A stretch of 64,000 nucleotides of DNA, taken from Candidatus Saccharimonadota bacterium. Lineage in GTDB: Bacteria > Patescibacteriota > Saccharimonadia > Saccharimonadales > SZUA-47. The stretch lies in NCBI GenBank assembly GCA_043727115.1, contig JAYSZA010000043.1:975-64974 (forward strand). The letters are read 5' to 3'. This document shows, one piece after another, positions 8,937-17,569 of the stretch (positions are counted from its first letter, which is position 1; every line of letters starts with the position of its first letter). Made by a program: the position numbers and the translations under genes. The notes below the pieces were generated by a model. That model was not told the origin of the DNA. It did not search any database and saw only the letters and a list, made by a program, of their open reading frames with translations.

Positions 8937-11906
8937 ATGAGACGTGAGGTTTGGGTGCTGATAGTCGTATCTATTGTTTATGTTTTTTTTGGTTCCCTCA
9001 CGAAGGCCAGCGCACAGGCTTCTGACCCCCATTTGTGGGATGGCAATATTACCCTTGAACAGTCCAAAACAATTACACCTACCCAAGTGCAAAACAGGCA
9101 CGACTGTCGTTACGTAAACGCTAAAAGTATAAGCTTGAAAACCCCATTTACATATATGTTTGCCACGGTTCCGGTGATGCTGAACCCAACCACCACCACC
9201 ATAGGCAATAGATGCATTATTGATAACCAAAACGGATATTTTACCAACGAGTTTCTACAAGGTAGTGGGGATAGCTATCTGGCTTCGTATTACTTTGGTG
9301 ATAGTACAGACAAAATGTATGATTTAGCTCCAATGCTATCAGGCAATTATTGGATTGAGCCAGCCTCAAATAGCAACACTGTATTGTTTTTGGTCAAAAA
9401 TGCTTTTACGGACAAAACCTATTCAGTTAATACGCAGAACGATATTGGTGATGCCCGGCCCGGCATTAGGAGCAATAAGCTAACCTGGGAATTTGGCAAC
9501 CTACAACCAGAAACCTGGAGAGACAAGGACGGCGTAGTTTTCAAAATCGACGAGCACGTGTTTTCACCGAACGGGCAATTCATGGCCATTCATTACAAAT
9601 CAACAATCGCGAAAGTGAATTTGCGCAACATGGAAATGATGCCTGTCGCCTACGACACCAGCTTAAAAGGCAGCGAACTTGCGATAAGCAATGACGGCCG
9701 TTATGTTGCACAGCTCAAGTCTAGTAAATTGTTTGTTACAGATACATATGGGTGTGAAACAGTCTACAATTCAGACTCCTGGGATATAATTTCTGGACAG
9801 TTGTCCTATCCGGGCTGCAAACAGAGTCAAGACATTATCCCCGGGCTTGTTAGTGGAGGATTAATTAGCTCTGGAAAATTCTACAAAAGACCGTACTTTT
9901 CACCAGATAGTAAAAAGCTGAATATTGCTGTCGGCACTAGGCGGACGGACATCAATACCGGTGGTTCAATGATTCCCTTGGCCTTCAACTGGCAAGAGGT
10001 CGTATTGACAGCCAATAATCACGTCAGTAATGTGCAGGGATATTTAGCAATGGGCGATAGTTTTTCGAGCGGCGAGGGGGACTTGCAGGGCGGAACTTGG
10101 TATGAACCAGGGACCGACGAACAGGGAAACAAAGACACTTTTGAAGGACGCAATCTGTGCCATTTGTCGCGTCGGAGTTACCCGTATCTTATCGCAAAAG
10201 AACTGGGGTATTTGTCGGGTGATGCATCCGAACCCACGACGCCTCTGGATAATGACTTGTTCCACTCAGTAGCGTGTAGTGGGGCAGTTATACATAATAT
10301 CGTAGGTACTACTAACGAAGATAACTTTGACCATGAAAACTCATCAAACCAGTACAGGAATGATTTTCTCGGTAGTTTAGTTCGGTGGCAGCCCGGACGG
10401 ATAAAACAACTTGATGCACTAGATTCGTTCGTATTTGGAGGCTATTCAGTCTCAGAGCCTAAACCAGAAGTCATTACACTAGGAATAGGCGGTAATGATG
10501 GAGGATTTGGCGATATCGTTAAATCATGCACCCTTCCTGGAACATGTAAGTACGCAGTCGAGCAATCGATTGACCTGAGCAACCTAGCCATTGGGCTTAT
10601 GAAAATAAAACCAAAATTAGTAGACACATACAAAAAAATAAAGCAAACTAGCCCAGAATCAAGAATATACGTCCACGGCTATCCAATATTTGTATCTGAT
10701 AGAGTAGGTGATTTGAGTGATAGTTTAGACGGTGGAACTTGTAGGGCAAATGTACGCTTGGACTTTCAAGAACGCCGACTTGTAGTAGAGGGCATTAAGT
10801 ATATGAATGAAATAGTACGAGCGGCGGCAAGTGAAGCAGGGGTATTCTACGTGGATATAGAGGATATACTTGAGGGGACAAATTTATGTAGTGGGCATAA
10901 TCCAGGGGACATTACTGTTAACGGTGTGACTGCCGGAAACGATATCGATTTTAGTCTGTGTCTCTTCAGGACGGGCTGTATTGGTAGTGAAAGCTTCCAT
11001 CCGAATCAATTAGCGCACAGATTATATAAGGAAAGAGTATTATCCTACACCGGTAATCTATCCGAACCAATGCCGCCGGTCGTATTAACAAGTATCCCGG
11101 CTCCGGATGATTTCTTTGGATCAACTGCAAGTAGTCAAGCGGGAGTGCACAATAACGGGGGCAATTTCACCATTGTCGTGCCCGAGCCCAAGCCGTTTTT
11201 GAGTGGCAGTGAACAAGGCAGTAAGATTTTACAAGAAGGCTTATTGCCGGGCTCTATATTGCGTGTTGAACTACAATCAACCCCAATAACTATCGCGGAT
11301 TTCACAGTTCCAGCGGACGGTGTAGTTAACCAACCTATAGAATTGCAATCTGATTCTGAGCCTGGAGCGCACGAACTTCATATATTTGGGGTGGACAATT
11401 TCGGCACAGCTTTTGATTATTACGAGCCAATCCTAATCGCTTTTAGTGAAACCGATTTCGATGGCGACGGAATAACAGATGATGTTGATAGCTGCATCAC
11501 TGTATTCGATAGCTTTGTAGACGTGGACCAAGACGGAATTGATGATGTCTGTGACGGTGAAATAGTCATCACACCTCCAGAACCAGAAGTGATAATCGTT
11601 CCTCCGGAGGAAATAATTGTTGAAGACCCAATCACCGAAGAAGAAACTTCACCAGAAACACCGACTCCACAAGTACTGGACCGTGAAAAAGGTGAGCCAA
11701 ACCCAGAAACTGTAGCAGGTGATGAAGAAACGGTTCCGCAAGTACTCGGTGCCTCAACTAGCTCCGATAATACACCATTAGAATCCCAGTCAGTGCTTGG
11801 AGCTGCTGCAGACCTAGCTAGCACAGGCAAGCCCGCGATAGTAACCTTTTTCGTGGGTATAACATTCGTTATTATAGGAATCGTGTTATATAAACACCAA
11901 AAATAA
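8937..11906 (+). CDS. Secreted SGNH/GDSL hydrolase with propeller-like N-terminus, Asp-rich Ca-binding repeats and C-terminal anchor
   Basis: Signal peptide; SGNH blocks GDSFSSGEG, ACSGA, GGND and SFHPN; DxDGDG repeats; LASTG followed by TM and basic tail. Confidence 0.85.
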   Translation: MRREVWVLIVVSIVYVFFGSLTKASAQASDPHLWDGNITLEQSKTITPTQVQNRHDCRYVNAKSISLKTPFTYMFATVPVMLNPTTTTIGNRCIIDNQNGYFTNEFLQGSGDSYLASYYFGDSTDKMYDLAPMLSGNYWIEPASNSNTVLFLVKNAFTDKTYSVNTQNDIGDARPGIRSNKLTWEFGNLQPETWRDKDGVVFKIDEHVFSPNGQFMAIHYKSTIAKVNLRNMEMMPVAYDTSLKGSELAISNDGRYVAQLKSSKLFVTDTYGCETVYNSDSWDIISGQLSYPGCKQSQDIIPGLVSGGLISSGKFYKRPYFSPDSKKLNIAVGTRRTDINTGGSMIPLAFNWQEVVLTANNHVSNVQGYLAMGDSFSSGEGDLQGGTWYEPGTDEQGNKDTFEGRNLCHLSRRSYPYLIAKELGYLSGDASEPTTPLDNDLFHSVACSGAVIHNIVGTTNEDNFDHENSSNQYRNDFLGSLVRWQPGRIKQLDALDSFVFGGYSVSEPKPEVITLGIGGNDGGFGDIVKSCTLPGTCKYAVEQSIDLSNLAIGLMKIKPKLVDTYKKIKQTSPESRIYVHGYPIFVSDRVGDLSDSLDGGTCRANVRLDFQERRLVVEGIKYMNEIVRAAASEAGVFYVDIEDILEGTNLCSGHNPGDITVNGVTAGNDIDFSLCLFRTGCIGSESFHPNQLAHRLYKERVLSYTGNLSEPMPPVVLTSIPAPDDFFGSTASSQAGVHNNGGNFTIVVPEPKPFLSGSEQGSKILQEGLLPGSILRVELQSTPITIADFTVPADGVVNQPIELQSDSEPGAHELHIFGVDNFGTAFDYYEPILIAFSETDFDGDGITDDVDSCITVFDSFVDVDQDGIDDVCDGEIVITPPEPEVIIVPPEEIIVEDPITEEETSPETPTPQVLDREKGEPNPETVAGDEETVPQVLGASTSSDNTPLESQSVLGAAADLASTGKPAIVTFFVGITFVIIGIVLYKHQK

Positions 11907-11934
11907 AACCAGTGTCATATAAAGTTCATTCAAC

Positions 11935-12450
11935 CTATAGCTCCGTATAAGTGCTTGTCAGTTTGTCTATATCAGCCTTAGAGCTCGCTCGGGTAACTAC
12001 GGGGTAGCAAGAGTAGATGACTTTTTTTGAGTTGCTAAAAATAAAACCAGTTCCTTCAAAGTTGCCACACGACTTATTATTAATTAGTCTTTCGGGGAGT
12101 TTGGTAGTTAGTGTTTGGCTTAATTCGTAAGGCTTGTCCCGAGGGCTTTCTAGGTAAACGTAACAAGAAGGGGTTTTAGTAAATTTTTCTTCAAGGTCAC
12201 CACAACTAACTCCTATGAATAATTCTTCGCCGGTCTCTGCTTCTACGTCTTTTTCTAGTTTTTCAAAGTCAGCAAGTAACTGCTTCATGTCTGATACATT
12301 TTTTTGGTCTAGGTATTTGTTATATCCGTAAGCTCCACTGATTGCTAGAAGAAGGAAGCCAATCAAAAGAACCACTCCGTACCTACCTGCAAACGACTTT
12401 ATACCAGAGTTTCTAGCTTTAGATTGCTTACTAGTAGCTTTCTTTATCAT
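11935..12450 (-). CDS. Single-pass membrane hypothetical protein
   Basis: Start moved to ATG 12450 (MIKKAT), with TACAAT 7 nt upstream; N-terminal TM; 4 Cys. Confidence 0.65.
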   Translation of the reverse strand: MIKKATSKQSKARNSGIKSFAGRYGVVLLIGFLLLAISGAYGYNKYLDQKNVSDMKQLLADFEKLEKDVEAETGEELFIGVSCGDLEEKFTKTPSCYVYLESPRDKPYELSQTLTTKLPERLINNKSCGNFEGTGFIFSNSKKVIYSCYPVVTRASSKADIDKLTSTYTEL

Positions 12451-12490
12451 AACCACAATTGTAGCCTGTTTTATTAATACCCCCAAATCA

Positions 12491-12519
12491 TACTGTACAA
12501 GGACAGTCCTTGTACAGTA
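12491..12519. repeat. REP-like palindrome, left of RAYT
   Basis: tactgtacaaggac-a-gtccttgtacagta: perfect 14-bp arms. Confidence 0.93.
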
Positions 12520-12529
12520 CACTAAGGTC

Positions 12530-13213
12530 ATGCCTAGCAGGAACGCCGTTAAAAAATTTGAACCAGATTCTATGTACCATGTATATAATCGTGGTGTAGA
12601 TAAACGGATAATATTTGTAGACGAGCGTGACTATAGTGTTTTCCTGAGTTTTTTGAAGTACGCTCTGTTGTCTGATGATGAGCTTAAAAACTACCAAGTT
12701 GTTGATGCGGGAATTATTTCACAAGCGGAAAGATTTAATCTAAGACGAGAAGGACTGCACGGAGTTGTAGAACTGGTCAGTTTTTGCTTAATGCCGAATC
12801 ACTTTCACTTGCTACTGTACCAATATGAAATTGACGGAATTACGCGTCTAATGAGATCTGTCGCAACTGGGTATTCAGGATATTTTAACAAACGGCACAA
12901 AAGGGTAGGATCATTGTTTCAAGGTCGGTATAAGGCTAGTCCAATAAGTTCGCAAGGTTATTGGGACCACATTAGCCGCTATATTCATCTCAACCCCCTA
13001 GATATTGGTGAAGATTATGAGACTTACTCGTACTCGAGCTACAGAAATTACACTGGGAATTTCGAAGCTGAGTGGCTAAGACCGAATCTTGTGCTTGACG
13101 GGTTTGAGTCGGCTGCTGCATATCAAAAGTTCGTGTCGGAGTATGTTCCTTACAGGAAAGAGCTAAAGGACACCAAGGATCTGCTTGCCAATAGCAGAGA
13201 ATTGGAAGAATAA
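12530..13213 (+). mobile_element. REP-associated tyrosine transposase (RAYT; HUH Y1, IS200-like)
   Basis: YHVYNRG, CLMPNHFHLLL (HUH), YFNKRHKRVGSLFQGRYK, RYIHLNP (catalytic Tyr) and YSSY; flanked by palindromes. Confidence 0.92.
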
Positions 13214-13255
13214 TATCTTACTGCACAAGGACTGTCCTTGTACAGTAAGATATTA
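13211..13255. repeat. REP-like palindrome, right of RAYT
   Basis: taatatcttactgcacaaggac-t-gtccttgtacagtaagatatta: 22-bp arms, 1 mismatch; 29-bp core (13219-13247) matches the left copy. Confidence 0.93.
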
Positions 13256-13302
13256 CCGTTATTTTTCTTTGTTGTTTGGAACCAACATAAACAGAGTAAA
13301 GT

Positions 13303-14583
13303 CTATCCGAGGATTTTGTTGTATATTTCTAGGGTTTGGGCGGCCATTCGGCGCCAAGAAAATCTTTTGGCGTTTTCGTAGCCTTTTTCTATAAGTTTTT
13401 TTCGCAGAGGCTCGTTGGATATGACCTCGTCGATTTTTGCTGCCATTTCCTGAATATCAAGCGGGTTAAAATAAACCGCTGCATCACCATGAACTTCAGG
13501 CAGGCAAGTTGCATCACTGCTGACTACCGGACAGCCGTGAACCATAGCCTCTAGACCCGGTAAACCAAAGCCTTCACTGAGCGATGGGAATACATAGGCT
13601 CGGGCATTTTGGTAATACCACTTCAGTTCTTCGTCAGGAATAAAACCAGTGAAAATTATATCTTCAAAACAAGGCTGTTTATGGCTCGACTCACCCAAAA
13701 TCCTGCTGTCTTCAGGAGACTTTTTCAGTGACGAGATAAATGACTTTTCCGACGAAGAGGTATCTTTAGATACATCTGAGGAGGAAAGGCTTTTAGATTG
13801 TTCTGAAAAATCTTCTGAGGCGGTAGGTATTTTAGGTGTGTTGCGCCTTGCCCATCGCTCTAATGATTTGCTGTGATGTTCTCTTTTGCCGATTAAAACT
13901 AGCTTTAAGTCCGCGTGTTGTTCTTTCAGTAAACAAAATGCACTGATTAGTCGCTCCAAGTTTTTGTGTGGGAATGCGCTGCCGGTATACATGATGAACT
14001 TTTCTGGTGGGTTTTCCGGTGTGTGGGCTTTGCCGGGAAGTGGCGGTTCACTAGATTCCAAGGTAACTGTTGTTTTGCGGTTGGTGAATAAATGGTATTT
14101 GTTAACCGCATCTGCAACATATTGAGTAGGTACTAGGATGTGTTTTGCACGGCGGTGCGCTGACCATAGCAAGAATCGGTATCCTCGCATGCGCAGGGCA
14201 TGTAACCAGCCCGGAAGACGCCCGGCACGGACAAATTTGAGCATGGTTAGGTCGTGTGTGAATGTCGTCTGCTTCTTGAAGTAGAAAATTGGCTGTTGAG
14301 GTGTAAGTGTAAAATGAACCAAATCCGCCCTTAATCGGTACAGTTGCCAGGCATATAAGACCTGGTTAATCGGATTGAAACTAAAGTTACCAAACCTTGT
14401 ATGTTTAACCACGAAGTTTTTGTTGGTAGGCATCCAATCATCTTTTGGTTCTACTAGAATTGTGTAGTGGTGGTCATTATCAATCTCTTGCAAATGCTCC
14501 AGTAATCTTGCGACAGGACGTCCCGTGCTGGCTCTACGTATACGTGCATCTATGACTATGTGTTTCTTTGGAGGCTTTGACAT
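13303..14583 (-). CDS. GT4 family glycosyltransferase with a 55-aa in-frame insertion
   Basis: HDL, PHKNL and FPSLSEGFGLPGLEAM motifs; Ser-rich insert before IIFTGF. Confidence 0.92.
   Translation of the reverse strand: MSKPPKKHIVIDARIRRASTGRPVARLLEHLQEIDNDHHYTILVEPKDDWMPTNKNFVVKHTRFGNFSFNPINQVLYAWQLYRLRADLVHFTLTPQQPIFYFKKQTTFTHDLTMLKFVRAGRLPGWLHALRMRGYRFLLWSAHRRAKHILVPTQYVADAVNKYHLFTNRKTTVTLESSEPPLPGKAHTPENPPEKFIMYTGSAFPHKNLERLISAFCLLKEQHADLKLVLIGKREHHSKSLERWARRNTPKIPTASEDFSEQSKSLSSSDVSKDTSSSEKSFISSLKKSPEDSRILGESSHKQPCFEDIIFTGFIPDEELKWYYQNARAYVFPSLSEGFGLPGLEAMVHGCPVVSSDATCLPEVHGDAAVYFNPLDIQEMAAKIDEVISNEPLRKKLIEKGYENAKRFSWRRMAAQTLEIYNKILG
13683..13847 (+). repeat. 165-nt imperfect long hairpin inserted in frame in the GT4 gene
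   Basis: Apex gtatct-tt-agatac; arms such as tttttcag/ctgaaaaa, tcaggaga/tcttctga and cctgctgtc/ggcggtagg pair out to the ends. Confidence 0.85.
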
Positions 14584-14643
14584 GAGCTCATTATACCTCT
14601 TAATTTTTTGTCAGTATCTACCCTATATGTGACAATAGGGTAG

Positions 14644-15018
14644 ATGAATAATTTTCAAAACGGTGTGACTTCTAGTGACTTAGTACCGCAGTCCTTCAAA
14701 AACTCTAATCAAAACGTCAGTTTTCAGAAAACCTATAGCGTATCTGGCACACAATCAAACAGCGCAAATCAACTACTCTATTCTGCTAGCTCACCAGGAG
14801 TTTTAACCGTAGATGATGGCTCTAACTCCCAAGTATTGGGTTTGTCTAATACTGTGGCAAACACAAGCTCATCGAGTATCACTCAGAATTCAAATAACTA
14901 TATTCCAGTAGCCCTGGTTTTTTTGGTTATCGCAGCTACTTTAAGCAACTATTTCTTTAAACGCTACAAAAGCATTCCAGTAGCAGCCGAACAAGAGCAA
15001 TCTGATGACGAAGAGTAG
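14644..15018 (+). CDS. Small Ser/Asn-rich protein with C-terminal TM anchor
   Basis: 124-aa ORF; QVLGLS motif then TM; overlaps the next gene start. Confidence 0.6.
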   Translation: MNNFQNGVTSSDLVPQSFKNSNQNVSFQKTYSVSGTQSNSANQLLYSASSPGVLTVDDGSNSQVLGLSNTVANTSSSSITQNSNNYIPVALVFLVIAATLSNYFFKRYKSIPVAAEQEQSDDEE

Positions 15019-16348
15019 CACAGACCGAATTTCTCGTCTTCTGTTCGTTCTGTCGATTATCCTTGTTGTCTATATGCCACTTCACGTCTTCATAGCGCAG
15101 TCCGCCAGCTTGCTAACTGGGGGCATAGAGGTGTGGAAGGCGGCAAAGGATTTATTAATCGTCATTCTTGTTCCAGTTTTATTATTTCTGAGCTATAGAA
15201 GGGGACTTCTCCACAACAAAACCTTTCGTTGGCTGATGATTTTGGGCGGACTATACACGTTACTGCACGGTTTATTCGTTATATTCGACGGAAACGACGA
15301 TACGTATTCAGCAATTGTTGGGAGCGTCTACAATACAAGGCTACTCGGCTATCTACTGCTTGGCTATATTGTAGGTTCAGCAAAAGAAGGGGAAAAGTAC
15401 CTGCGCTATTTACTCACAGCAACGGTGATAATCGCAAGCGCGGTAGCGTTGTTTGGTGTGTTGCAGTACTTTTTGCCATCAGATTTCCTGACGCATGTCG
15501 GGTATAGCCTGGACAGGGGGGTGAAACCACTCTTTTTCATCGACGATAAGCCCGATTTGCCTAGAGTAATGAGCACAATCAAAGACCCTAACTCGCTGGG
15601 TGCATACTTAATTTTGCCGATGTTATTGACTGGCTACGCTTTATTTAAAAAATCTGTGAATGAAGCAATATTTGCACGTCCATTCCGCAGGGAAGTGCTA
15701 GGAGTAATGTTAGCTTTACAGTTTGGTGCACTGACACTAACATTTTCACGCGGTGCGTTTCTAGGACTTATATTCAGTACACTTACTTTACTTTGTATAG
15801 CGAAAGGGAAGCAAATACTGCTGATAGCAAAAAGATTTTGGTATATTTTGCTCGGCACTACTCTGATTTTTATTAGTTTGTTCGTAGTATTACAAGATAC
15901 ATATTTGGTCCAAAATGTAATTTTTCATGCTGATGAATCTACGGTTCTTGAAGACCCAAATGAGCTGAGAGTTACTTTCTTCCAGGAAACCTTAGACAAG
16001 GTTATAGACGAGCCTCTAGGTTCCGGTCCAGGGACTGCAGGGCTGGTCGCCATAAATAACCCAAAAGGCGGCGTACTGACAGAGAATTACTACCTCCAGA
16101 TAGCTTACGAGGTTGGCTGGGCAGGTTTTCTGTTTTTTGCCACAATTCTAGGTGTTCTAGCAGTAAATTTGTACAAAATGCGCAAAAATGCCGTAGCGGT
16201 GGTCCTGCTAAGTAGCCTTGTTGGTTATTTGTTCTACAGCCTACTCATTCATCTATGGTCAAACGAAGCCCTAGCCCTGCAATGGTGGCTACTTTGCGGA
16301 GCTGCTATTGGCTATTTTGCGATGCGACCGAATGACAAAAAACTCTAG
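15005..16348 (+). CDS. O-antigen ligase/polymerase (Wzy_C) family membrane protein
   Basis: RVMST..DPNSLG, TFSRGA, PLGSGPG and ENYYLQIAYEVG motifs; multi-TM. Confidence 0.85.
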   Translation: MTKSSTDRISRLLFVLSIILVVYMPLHVFIAQSASLLTGGIEVWKAAKDLLIVILVPVLLFLSYRRGLLHNKTFRWLMILGGLYTLLHGLFVIFDGNDDTYSAIVGSVYNTRLLGYLLLGYIVGSAKEGEKYLRYLLTATVIIASAVALFGVLQYFLPSDFLTHVGYSLDRGVKPLFFIDDKPDLPRVMSTIKDPNSLGAYLILPMLLTGYALFKKSVNEAIFARPFRREVLGVMLALQFGALTLTFSRGAFLGLIFSTLTLLCIAKGKQILLIAKRFWYILLGTTLIFISLFVVLQDTYLVQNVIFHADESTVLEDPNELRVTFFQETLDKVIDEPLGSGPGTAGLVAINNPKGGVLTENYYLQIAYEVGWAGFLFFATILGVLAVNLYKMRKNAVAVVLLSSLVGYLFYSLLIHLWSNEALALQWWLLCGAAIGYFAMRPNDKKL

Positions 16349-16355
16349 ACTAGAA

Positions 16356-16787
16356 TCATCTCTCTTCTACTTCTGGATCTTTCTCGCCCCAAATAAAATA
16401 CTTGGTCCAAACAAAGTTCCAGAATAGTGCCAGAGCTGAACTGACAACCAATGCGATAGTGTAATCAAAATGCAGAACTCTGACACAAAAGCTGACCAGT
16501 AGAGCCCCGCCTATAATCGCCACCCAGCTAGTTGCGTGAAATTCTACTAAGTAATTTGAGAGTGTTTTATTCTGTTTTCGCGATTTATTTTTGTAGGTCC
16601 AGTTGTGATGCATGGCAAAATTATGAAACAGCGCAACCTCGGAAGCCAGTAGCTGAGCAATGAATATGTGTATACCCATCTGTTTGTAAAACAGACTTAA
16701 AAGCGCGTAGTTAATGATGAAACCCGCGGTTCCAACTATGCAAAATCTAATAAAATCTATCGATACTAACTTTTTAGCTAATTTCAT
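16356..16787 (-). CDS. GtrA family flippase-like protein
   Basis: FIRFCIVG, NF...WTY and WNF...KYFIW; 4 TM. Confidence 0.88.
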   Translation of the reverse strand: MKLAKKLVSIDFIRFCIVGTAGFIINYALLSLFYKQMGIHIFIAQLLASEVALFHNFAMHHNWTYKNKSRKQNKTLSNYLVEFHATSWVAIIGGALLVSFCVRVLHFDYTIALVVSSALALFWNFVWTKYFIWGEKDPEVEER

Positions 16788-16845
16788 ACTTATCTTTAAT
16801 TCTAGCTCATGCTAGCATTAAGCAAGAACAAAAGGGAAAAATCAC

Positions 16846-17568
16846 GTGGCCAAAACCAAGAAATTATCTATCGTCATACCTTGTTATAACGAAAAACCGA
16901 CTATAGAAAAACTATTCAAAGAAGTCCAAGACGTGAATCTGGGGACCACAAGCAAAGAAATCATTATTGTCGACGATGGCTCCAAAGACGGAACTCGAGA
17001 TATTCTAAAAAAATTAAAAAAGGCCAACCCAGAAATCAAAGTATTGTTGCAAGAAAAAAATCAGGGTAAAGGTGCCGCTCTGAAACGAGGATTTCTAGAA
17101 TCTACCGGCGATGTTTTGATTGTTCAAGATGCTGATTTAGAGTATGACCCACAAGAATACATCAGGCTGCTCTACCCAATTGAGCGTGGTCATGCAGATG
17201 TAGTCTACGGCTCTAGATTTGTCGGGGGCGAACCGCATAGGATTATTTACTATCGCAACCAAGTCGCTAACAAGTTTCTAACAACACTATCCAATATATT
17301 CACTGGGCTAAACCTGACAGACATGGAAACATGCTACAAAATGATGAACGGAAATTTGGCGCGTGAGCTTGCTGCTGATTTACAGTCTGACCGATTCGGG
17401 TTTGAGCCGGAAATCACAGCACGTATAGCCAAAAAAAATGTGAGAGTCTACGAAATTGGGATTAGTTATTATGGCCGTAGCAAAGAAGAGGGCAAGAAAA
17501 TTGGTTACAAAGACGGCCTGAAAGCAATCTGGGAAATTATCCGATTTAACGTGTTTGTGGGGAAGTAA
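16846..17568 (+). CDS. GT2 polyprenol-phosphate glycosyltransferase (DPM1-like)
   Basis: IPCYNE, VDDGSKDGT, NQGKGAA, QDADLEYDP, DMETCYK and FGFEPE. Confidence 0.92.
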   Translation: MAKTKKLSIVIPCYNEKPTIEKLFKEVQDVNLGTTSKEIIIVDDGSKDGTRDILKKLKKANPEIKVLLQEKNQGKGAALKRGFLESTGDVLIVQDADLEYDPQEYIRLLYPIERGHADVVYGSRFVGGEPHRIIYYRNQVANKFLTTLSNIFTGLNLTDMETCYKMMNGNLARELAADLQSDRFGFEPEITARIAKKNVRVYEIGISYYGRSKEEGKKIGYKDGLKAIWEIIRFNVFVGK

Positions 17569-17569
17569 T

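Noticed and set aside
12451-12697. ORF-track N-terminal extension to 12531 and the short ORFs containing KDCPCTV (12488..12697, 13185..13394)
   Set aside because: They are translations of the REP-like palindromes, not genes.
12491-13255. CRISPR array or IS605 (tnpA-tnpB) element
   Set aside because: Only two repeats, separated by a gene; no spacers, cas genes or tnpB in the window.
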